DNA from: a virus
Lineage: Duplodnaviria; Heunggongvirae; Uroviricota; Caudoviricetes
DNA: 6,191 bases
Virus record (IMG/VR): IMGVR_UViG_3300029437_000087
Coordinates: 1-6,191 of that record
Direction: 5' to 3' (one strand)
Part shown: one piece after another, positions 1 through 5,448 of the stretch
Numbering within the stretch: position 1 is the stretch's first letter
How the letters are laid out: the number at the start of each line of letters is the position of its first letter
The notes under the pieces: model-generated
Database searches by the model: none
Told to the model about the DNA's origin: nothing
What the model saw: the letters and a program-made list of their open reading frames with translations, nothing else
Program-made: the position numbers and the translations under genes

Positions 1-332
1 ATCCCCGCCGGTCCATAAAACGAAGCCATACACTCAATCGTTTCATGCCGCCAGAGCTGAGAGCCATCATCGGTCTGTCTGGTGAATGCCGGACTGTCAT
101 CACCTGACCATCCGATAACCCCAAACGCACACCAGTTCGTTTCAACCGGTAGCAGTGGCGGCTGCTCTTTCTGCCAGCGCGGGCGAACCATCCCGGCAGA
201 CAGACCGGAAACGTTACGTATCCACTGGCTTAACAGCCTGTCGAGCGCTTCGTCATAATCCGGATCGCCACTGGTTGGTATTAACCATCCGCGCTCTGTA
301 CTGGTGTTATTGCTCAACCGGAGTTCCCCCAT
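1..332 (-). CDS. hypothetical phage structural protein, N-terminal part only (gene continues past window start)
   Basis: Manual scan: the minus-strand frame whose codons sit at plus-strand positions 3n has no stop between the in-frame TGA at 344..342 and position 1. ATG at 332..330, then MGELRLSNNTSTERGWLIPTSGDPDYDEALDRLLSQWIRNVSGLSAGMVRPRWQKEQPPLLPVETNWCAFGV... Overlaps the stop of the upstream gene (309..307) by 26 nt; no clear Shine-Dalgarno, so the start is uncertain (next in-frame ATG at 191..189). Absent from the ORF track, presumably because no stop lies in the window. Confidence 0.45.
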   Translation of the reverse strand, partial: MGELRLSNNTSTERGWLIPTSGDPDYDEALDRLLSQWIRNVSGLSAGMVRPRWQKEQPPLLPVETNWCAFGVIGWSGDDSPAFTRQTDDGSQLWRHETIECMASFYGPAG

Positions 333-696
333 CAAACGGCATCAACTCACAATGCGCCTGAACGAATCCGGCCCCATAAGCTGTATACGGGTCGACGAAG
401 GTCACACGGTAATCACGGCCCTGATACGTCACGATATCGGCATCACGGCCAGTCTGTCCCTGCGTCAGTCGCTCAGTCGTCACAATCAGAATTGCACCAC
501 TGATTACCTGCCCGGCCTGCATACGACGGTTTTCCAGAGAGCGATCAACAGTAACGACTCCGGCAAACTGCTTTTTAACTTCGCTGTCGCTGCCGATTCC
601 GTCCTCATCCACCGTTTGCACACGGCGTGTTACCCACAAATTGAAGTCGCAAAAATCGGGGTCAAAAAGCACATCTGTTACATCAAGAGTCGGCAT
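307..696 (-). CDS. hypothetical phage head-tail (neck) region protein, 129 aa
   Basis: ORF-track ORF. ATG at 696..694 preceded by GAGGG with 6-nt spacing (minus-strand context GTGAGGGATAAAGATG). Start overlaps the upstream gene's stop by 14 nt. Same orientation and packing as the neighbouring structural genes. No family recognised from sequence alone. Confidence 0.6.
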   Translation of the reverse strand: MPTLDVTDVLFDPDFCDFNLWVTRRVQTVDEDGIGSDSEVKKQFAGVVTVDRSLENRRMQAGQVISGAILIVTTERLTQGQTGRDADIVTYQGRDYRVTFVDPYTAYGAGFVQAHCELMPFDGGTPVEQ

Positions 697-1198
697 CTTT
701 ATCCCTCACTACATGGGTAATAGCTCTGCGATATTGCCCGGTGTCAATTAATGGTTTCGCCAGATCGGTTCCGGGAGATTCGCCAGCAACACGCCGGGCG
801 AGTTCCAGTGTTGCCCCCTTGCGCCCCCGACGAGCCCGGGCTTCAACAGTACTGTCAGCAAGCGGCGTAAAGCCGGTAATGGTCATGTAACGCCTGACGC
901 CATTAACGGCCAGCGTTCCGGCACGGTTGAGTGCACTTTCTGCTCCCGCANNNNNNNNNNTCTGCTCTTCTGCCGATTTAACGCCGGGGACCAGGTGAGG
1001 TCGTGGCGGGATGTTCTGCTCTGGTGAGCCGTATTCGTTGAGGTAACCGATGCCCGCATTACCAAACGGAACATCATCCCGTTCGCTGTCTTCCGAAGGG
1101 ATGCCGACCAGCACATCTTTTTTGGTTAACGACCTGAGCGCATCCAGAATGGCCTTAGCGTTATCCACCCTCGTTGTTACACCGCTTTTGAAACTCAT
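683..1198 (-). CDS. putative head-tail joining / virion morphogenesis protein (HK97 gp10-like), 171 aa, interrupted by a 10-N run
   Basis: ORF-track ORF. The ATG at 1198..1196 overlaps the TGA of the upstream gene (ATGA, 4-nt overlap). Motifs [10 protein letters not shown] and [12 protein letters not shown] resemble the PARPF / DTG-LR-SI motifs I recall in HK97 gp10 / Mu G-type proteins; this is recollection, not an alignment. Residues translated as XXXX come from N bases at 951..960. Confidence 0.55.
   Translation of the reverse strand: MSFKSGVTTRVDNAKAILDALRSLTKKDVLVGIPSEDSERDDVPFGNAGIGYLNEYGSPEQNIPPRPHLVPGVKSAEEQXXXXAGAESALNRAGTLAVNGVRRYMTITGFTPLADSTVEARARRGRKGATLELARRVAGESPGTDLAKPLIDTGQYRRAITHVVRDKDADS
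951..960. other. run of 10 ambiguous bases (N) inside the 683..1198 CDS
   Basis: Literal nnnnnnnnnn in the sequence. The flanking reading frame is continuous across it only if the true length is 10 nt (or 10 plus a multiple of 3). Confidence 0.99.
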
Positions 1199-1602
1199 AG
1201 CTGGCGACCGCCTGCACCGAACATCGTGATCAACTGATAAAATTCAGCGCCATATCGGGTGTTATTCCAGAAACCTGCATCAGGATTCAGCGTCGCGCTG
1301 GTGTCATAGCTGACGCTTACCTTATCCACGGACTTTGAGGACTGAACACCATTGGTTGAACCGCCCGGACCACCAGCCAGCATCGCTCTGCTGTCAGCCG
1401 CCCAGAGCGTCATGTAGTGAGCAACGAACAACCCGGCAAAGTACGGAAACAACTTTTTGCCGGTGACATTTTCGCTCAGCAGTTCATCGGCCAGATTCAG
1501 ACGGAACCCGATTTGGGCGTCGGGATATTTTGCCGGGTCAGCAAACTGCGGGAAGTCGCGGCGAAAATCACTTACCGCTGGCAGACTTTGATTCTTTGAC
1601 AT
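1195..1602 (-). CDS. DUF4054-like phage protein (head-tail connector region), about 135 aa
   Basis: Within track ORF 1195..1701. The first 30 or so residues from the ATG at 1701 ([21 protein letters not shown]...) look like out-of-frame read-through and overlap the upstream gene, so I prefer the ATG at 1602..1600 ([33 protein letters not shown]...); the ATG at 1614..1612 is an alternative. The [10 protein letters not shown]...YPD N-terminus and the position downstream of the capsid gene fit my recollection of DUF4054 proteins. Confidence 0.55.
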   Translation of the reverse strand: MSKNQSLPAVSDFRRDFPQFADPAKYPDAQIGFRLNLADELLSENVTGKKLFPYFAGLFVAHYMTLWAADSRAMLAGGPGGSTNGVQSSKSVDKVSVSYDTSATLNPDAGFWNNTRYGAEFYQLITMFGAGGRQL

Positions 1603-1936
1603 CTTTAGCCCCATTACCGCCAGTCCGGGCGGCAGTAATCTGCGCCTGCAGGCTGTCGTTCTGCTCCTGCAGTTTGAGCAATGCATCTTTAAGATCGGCA
1701 ATCAGCTTATCTTTGTCGGCAATCTGCGCTTGCAGGCCGTCGATAATGGGTTGCAGATCATCGGTGTCGCTAATCACGCTTTCGGAAAGCTCAGAGTGCG
1801 CCTGGGTGAACCAGTGCGACGCGACCTCTTCCGGTACGTTATGCCGTCCCCGGCCAAACTCCTGTTTTGACTGATCGCCGAGCGTCAGCGTAAACGGGGT
1901 GTGAACATGGATGGTAACCAGCTTTTCTTTCGCCAT
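1568..1936 (-). CDS. hypothetical phage protein with C-terminal coiled coil, 123 aa
   Basis: Within track ORF 1568..2167, but that extension overlaps the capsid gene and reads as nonsense (MVWGIRIAWLRTPTIKNTSATRWFRFRACRC...). The internal ATG at 1936..1934 has a good Shine-Dalgarno (minus-strand TGAAGGAAACTGAAATG), giving [43 protein letters not shown]... The C-terminus [47 protein letters not shown] has heptad-like spacing. Confidence 0.6.
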   Translation of the reverse strand: MAKEKLVTIHVHTPFTLTLGDQSKQEFGRGRHNVPEEVASHWFTQAHSELSESVISDTDDLQPIIDGLQAQIADKDKLIADLKDALLKLQEQNDSLQAQITAARTGGNGAKDVKESKSASGK

Positions 1937-1950
1937 TTCAGTTTCCTTCA

Positions 1951-1966
1951 GGCCCCTTTCGGGGCC
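1951..1966 (-). promoter_or_regulatory. GC-rich stem-loop (6-bp stem GGCCCC/GGGGCC, GAAA tetraloop on the mRNA) between the capsid stop and the next gene's RBS; possible mRNA stabiliser or partial attenuator
   Basis: Plus strand 1951..1966 is GGCCCCTTTCGGGGCC, a perfect inverted repeat. On the minus-strand transcript it reads TGA-TAACCAGAAT-GGCCCCGAAAGGGGCC-TGAAGGAAACTGAA-ATG. There is no U-tract after the stem, so it is not a canonical intrinsic terminator. Confidence 0.4.
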
Positions 1967-1976
1967 ATTCTGGTTA

Positions 1977-2918
1977 TCAGATACCGTCCACATAGGACAG
2001 AGTTTCTTTATACACTGGCTCGACTGCACCCAGCTTGCCGTAGTAAGTGACGATCTGATACAGGCCGCGATACTGCACCGGCACGCTCTGAAGCGGAACC
2101 AGCGGGTAGCGGACGTATTTTTTATCGTTGGTGTACGCAACCATGCGATCCTTATTCCCCACACCACGGCCTTTCAGCCATTTAACCGCGCGGATATTCA
2201 GCGGAACACCGTTCTGGTGATAGCTGATGGTGTTGGTCTGAAGGTACGTCAACAGGGACTGGTTACCCGCAGATGAAACGATGATGCTGGACAACAGAGC
2301 AAACTGTTCAGGCGGGATCAGCAAATCACGCGGGACCACAGAGTAACCAGAAGCGGCCCACGCATCAGACAGCACCTGGTTAATGCTTGCGCGGATTTCG
2401 TCCGGTGTTGAGGTTGCCCACGTTTTGGCAGCGTTGTTGACAGGCACGCCGTCCAGGGTAACAAGGCCTTTCAGGTTTAATGCGGAATCGCCAACATATA
2501 CCTGTTCATCGTTATCCATCTGCCATTTCAGTTGCATCCCGTCATACTTCTGCGTATCAATCGGGCGGCCGACCTGCTGAGCAGCCTGCAATTCTATGAC
2601 CGTCCAGCCAAGTTCCATCCCCCACAGGTTCAGCGGGTTACCGGATTTGCCGGTATCCACGTTCACGCCAGCAATAGCGGTTGAGTCTTTGCCTACCCAG
2701 TTTTTGCCATTCGGATTTGCACCAGTACCCGCAGCGGCGAAGCTGGTATTCGTCCAGCTGGAAATGTCATCTGCGATAGAGACATCTTCACGCAACTGAA
2801 TATCGCGGGTCCAGGTGTACCCCACCAGTGGCAGGTTCAGCGTCTGGTCGAGTCGCTCCAGCTCCCCGATGAGAAAGGCACCAGAGCTGTCAACGGTTGC
2901 CTGATCAAAAGTAATCAT
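1977..2918 (-). CDS. phage major capsid protein (DUF2184-like family), 313 aa
   Basis: ORF-track ORF. ATG at 2918..2916 with Shine-Dalgarno AGGAA (minus-strand TAAGGAACAGACGAATG). Length, N-terminus (MITFDQATVDSSGAFLIGELERLDQTLNLPLVGYTWTRDI) and position after DUF2213-like and small beta-rich genes match my recollection of the DUF2184 capsid family in BPP-1-like head modules. Not verified by search. Confidence 0.75.
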   Translation of the reverse strand: MITFDQATVDSSGAFLIGELERLDQTLNLPLVGYTWTRDIQLREDVSIADDISSWTNTSFAAAGTGANPNGKNWVGKDSTAIAGVNVDTGKSGNPLNLWGMELGWTVIELQAAQQVGRPIDTQKYDGMQLKWQMDNDEQVYVGDSALNLKGLVTLDGVPVNNAAKTWATSTPDEIRASINQVLSDAWAASGYSVVPRDLLIPPEQFALLSSIIVSSAGNQSLLTYLQTNTISYHQNGVPLNIRAVKWLKGRGVGNKDRMVAYTNDKKYVRYPLVPLQSVPVQYRGLYQIVTYYGKLGAVEPVYKETLSYVDGI

Positions 2919-2929
2919 TCGTCTGTTCC

Positions 2930-3436
2930 TTAAATCTTCCAGGAAATTTCTGCATTGCCGTTAGCATCACCGGCACCTGTGAATTCAGCGTTGGTCAGCA
3001 CCACATTTTTGCCACTGACTGACGTGGACATGAATCCACCCAGCGGCACTTTGATGGATTCATCAGTGGAGACGACAACGTATACCGGGTCGCCTTTTTT
3101 GATAGTGCTGGCATCAAAATCAGAACCGAGATTAACGGTCACGTAGCCACGCTTCATGGCGTCGCCCGGGAAGTTCTTGCCTGTTCCCACCTGGCGAACC
3201 ATGTCCGGCTGCGACGTGGTCGGATAAGGGCGCACGTAGATCCCCTTCACCTTGTCTGCGGTATCACCATCTGCCAGCGGCACGAAAAAACCGTCATCAT
3301 CGTATTTACCAGCCAGCCCATAGGCAGCGAAGGCGTTATCGGATTTAAGGACCACCGGTTCGACGGTTAAGTCCTGCGGGCGAGAGACAGCCCCGGCAAT
3401 ACCAACAGGCATCCGGTACAGAAATACATTATTCAT
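2930..3436 (-). CDS. small phage head structural protein, possible capsid cement/decoration protein, 168 aa
   Basis: ORF-track ORF. ATG at 3436..3434, 3 nt after the upstream stop, with AAGGG upstream. Gly/Val/Thr-rich, beta-like composition. Sits between the DUF2213-like gene and the capsid gene, where cement/decoration genes occur in related head modules. The functional assignment is positional inference. Confidence 0.55.
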   Translation of the reverse strand: MNNVFLYRMPVGIAGAVSRPQDLTVEPVVLKSDNAFAAYGLAGKYDDDGFFVPLADGDTADKVKGIYVRPYPTTSQPDMVRQVGTGKNFPGDAMKRGYVTVNLGSDFDASTIKKGDPVYVVVSTDESIKVPLGGFMSTSVSGKNVVLTNAEFTGAGDANGNAEISWKI

Positions 3437-3439
3437 TTT

Positions 3440-4660
3440 TTACCCTTTACGGTTTGCCCAGAATTCAGCGTTTTGTTTGTTCAGGGAAGCGATACTGGTC
3501 ATGCCCATGTTTAGGCGCTGTGCATCGCCGGTGGTGGCGCGGGTGTTTCGCCCTTTGGCAATCTCAGACACGGCATTAAACGCCATGTCGACCGATTGTT
3601 TCGGCAATTTGCGGATATCCGCATCACCGACTATCTGGCGAACCAGCGTTTTGTCAGCGGAAGCCAGAACCTCGCGTTTGAACGCGGTCGGTTTCATCTT
3701 ACGGCTCAGATCGATACCCGGAACAATAACTTCGGCACGCCAGGCTGAGTCACCAGTAATCGTGGTTTCCTCTTCATCGTCCTCGCCGTCACCGGTCGGA
3801 TTATCGTCAGGCTTATTATCGTTATCGCCCGTGGCATTTCCTTCCAGCTTAGCCAGCAGGGCTTTCAGTAATGTTTTGAGGTCATCATCACTGTCGCCGG
3901 TTGGGCCTCCCCCCATCTCTGGTGCTTTGTCCGGTAGTGGTTGCTGCGGGGACAGGTTGATATTGAGATTAACGCCCTGCGGCAAATCCCCCTCATCTCC
4001 TGTAACCGATGCGGGAGCCGACTCCACCAGTTCGTTCATGGTGTCGGCATCTCCTGTCTTGATGGCCGCACGCATGCGGTTCCACCAGTTTTTCTTTTGA
4101 TTTGCCATTGTGTCTCTGTCTCCAATTGCACAACGATTTCCGGCTCTGCCTTTAGGGACAAGAGCCACATGGTTTCCGGTAATATCGACCTGCTCAGCTT
4201 TACCTGGCTCGGTCTGCTCGTACTCCGCGTCATAGCCGCACGACACTTCGCGCAGGCCATCTTCGATAAGCTGAATGGCGTTTTCGTCTTTGACGATAAG
4301 GTCAGCCAGCATCAAATCAGACTGCTCACCCGTCCCGCGCCGGACATTCTGGAGGTGCCCGACAGCAAGCTCTTTCCAGTTCTCGGGATTTACCAGCCGC
4401 ACATTCCCGTTTTCATCTTCAGGATGCAGAATCGTGATGCTCATCCCTTCGAATGAGGCAAGCGTGGCCGGATGGAATACCTGCTCAGGAGAACGCGTGA
4501 CGATTATTTCACCGAACTTATCGGGTTTCAGTTTTGGCAGGTCATCAGCACCATAGAGCTGCTTACCTGTTCGTCCTATCGGCACGTCTCTGCACAGCAA
4601 CGAGCCGTCAGCCAGCTGATAGCGGGTTTCCCCCAGCCGGGTATTGAAAAAATATTTCAT
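3440..4660 (-). CDS. DUF2213-like head morphogenesis protein with acidic scaffold-like C-terminal half (putative prohead protease/scaffold fusion), 406 aa
   Basis: ORF-track ORF. ATG at 4660..4658 with AGGT upstream. N-terminal ~180 aa (..GNHVALVPKGRAGNRCAIGD) resembles what I recall of DUF2213. The C-terminal half is acidic and low-complexity (TGDSDDDLKTLLKALLAKLEGNATGDNDNKPDDNPTGDGEDDEEETTITGD) and then helical, as in scaffolding proteins. Function is inferred, not demonstrated. Confidence 0.7.
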   Translation of the reverse strand: MKYFFNTRLGETRYQLADGSLLCRDVPIGRTGKQLYGADDLPKLKPDKFGEIIVTRSPEQVFHPATLASFEGMSITILHPEDENGNVRLVNPENWKELAVGHLQNVRRGTGEQSDLMLADLIVKDENAIQLIEDGLREVSCGYDAEYEQTEPGKAEQVDITGNHVALVPKGRAGNRCAIGDRDTMANQKKNWWNRMRAAIKTGDADTMNELVESAPASVTGDEGDLPQGVNLNINLSPQQPLPDKAPEMGGGPTGDSDDDLKTLLKALLAKLEGNATGDNDNKPDDNPTGDGEDDEEETTITGDSAWRAEVIVPGIDLSRKMKPTAFKREVLASADKTLVRQIVGDADIRKLPKQSVDMAFNAVSEIAKGRNTRATTGDAQRLNMGMTSIASLNKQNAEFWANRKG

Positions 4661-4674
4661 GTGTTACCTGCGAT

Positions 4675-5448
4675 TCAGGCGGGATAAGATTGGGAGGTGG
4701 GAAAAACGATTTCTTTATAACAGCGACAATTCGGGAGCTCGCCAGCGTGACCTGTCATGCCGTCAAGCGTTGGAGGTTTGCCCCATTCGACAAATTTACC
4801 TTCCATTTCCCGATGAGAATGCCTGACGTCACCATCTTCGGCTGTACGCCAGATATAACCATTCGAACCAATTGACAGCGCACGCGCCTGATCCAGCGCG
4901 CCGGTTGCACGTCCAAGTTCAGTACGGGCAATCAGGTCAGCTCTGGACTTTGCTATATCACCCGATGCGGCTATTTCTTTAGCAAAATATTCTGCTCTCC
5001 CACCGGTCACAACAGCTTCTGTCGCCCGATTCTGGATGTCGTACACCCTGTCAGCCGCCTCGAGGGGGAGCGATTTGATGTACTTGACCTGTTCGGCGAT
5101 GATGGATTGCATCACCTGGCCCACAGGAGCGCTTTCCACAAGATTGCGGAGCTCGCGACTGATGTTCTTGCTGTGTTGCCGCCAAACTTTCTCGTTCTGC
5201 CGGGTTAGGTCCGCAGTAAAGTTTTCCGCGACCTTTGTCGCCCAGGGGGTGATGATTTCACTGTAGCGTTCCAGCGCCTCAATAATTTCCGTGATACTGT
5301 CATTTGAACCATCGTAGCGACCATTTACGATGTCTCCGACCGCCCGCGCTATCCTGCGTAGGCTGGTTCGATAGCGGATTTCCGCCTGACGGTTCCTGCG
5401 GTTCGTCATCAGATTCGCCGATGCCGGGCGGCGCTTCATCTTCGGCAT
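4675..5448 (-). CDS. phage head morphogenesis protein, Mu F / SPP1 gp7 family, 257 aa
   Basis: ORF-track ORF. ATG at 5448..5446 with GAGGA 8 nt upstream. The C-terminal signature ADLIARTE ... DGDVRHSHREMEGK ... GELPNCRCY matches the conserved core of MuF-like minor head proteins as I recall it. The ORF ends right after this core, so there is no C-terminal cargo domain. Confidence 0.85.
   Translation of the reverse strand: MPKMKRRPASANLMTNRRNRQAEIRYRTSLRRIARAVGDIVNGRYDGSNDSITEIIEALERYSEIITPWATKVAENFTADLTRQNEKVWRQHSKNISRELRNLVESAPVGQVMQSIIAEQVKYIKSLPLEAADRVYDIQNRATEAVVTGGRAEYFAKEIAASGDIAKSRADLIARTELGRATGALDQARALSIGSNGYIWRTAEDGDVRHSHREMEGKFVEWGKPPTLDGMTGHAGELPNCRCYKEIVFPTSQSYPA

Noticed and set aside
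155-720. Plus-strand ORFs 155..361 (68 aa) and 304..720 (138 aa)
   Set aside because: Both lie antisense to minus-strand ORFs that have good start contexts and fit the co-directional operon. Their translations are Cys/Arg/Ser/His-rich with no recognisable motifs, typical of antisense frames.
883-1116. Minus-strand ORF 883..1116 (77 aa)
   Set aside because: Alternate frame fully embedded in the 683..1198 gene. It spans the N run and the translation looks like nonsense ([23 protein letters not shown]...).
1603-1701. N-terminal extension of track ORF 1195..1701 (start at 1701)
   Set aside because: The extra 33 residues ([29 protein letters not shown]...) are Cys/Arg-rich, would overlap the upstream gene by 134 nt, and precede the conserved N-terminus of the DUF4054-like protein. 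An internal start at 1602 or 1614 is preferred.
1417-1874. Plus-strand ORFs 1417..1599 and 1530..1874
   Set aside because: Antisense to the DUF4054-like and coiled-coil genes. No SD sequences, and low-complexity Ser/Cys/Leu-rich translations.
1951-1966. Hairpin after the capsid gene as a canonical Rho-independent terminator
   Set aside because: The stem-loop is strong, but on the transcript it is followed by TGAAGGAAACTGAA, not a U-tract, and the next gene's RBS begins immediately. It is kept as a possible stabiliser or attenuator.
1937-2167. N-terminal extension of track ORF 1568..2167 (start at 2167)
   Set aside because: It would overlap the capsid gene by about 190 nt and its translation is implausible (MVWGIRIAWLRTPTIKNTSATRWFRFRACRC...). 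The internal ATG at 1936 has a strong SD and follows the capsid stop and hairpin.
1911-2799. Plus-strand ORFs 1911..2276, 2383..2580 and 2596..2799
   Set aside because: Antisense to the major capsid gene, which has strong family-level support. No start signals.
2955-4687. Plus-strand ORFs 2955..3146, 3477..4100, 3941..4456, 4275..4556 and 4472..4687, plus minus-strand 4036..4260
   Set aside because: All lie antisense to, or in alternate frames within, the cement-like and DUF2213-like genes. The translations are Ser/Pro/Cys-rich low-complexity strings (for example SSSSSSPSPVGLSSGLLSLSP), characteristic of the reverse complement of an acidic coding region.
4675-5448. MuF-like protein as a carrier of a C-terminal toxin or effector domain
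   Set aside because: Some MuF-family proteins carry polymorphic C-terminal cargo domains. Here the ORF ends about 20 residues after the conserved HSH...NCRC core, leaving no room for one.
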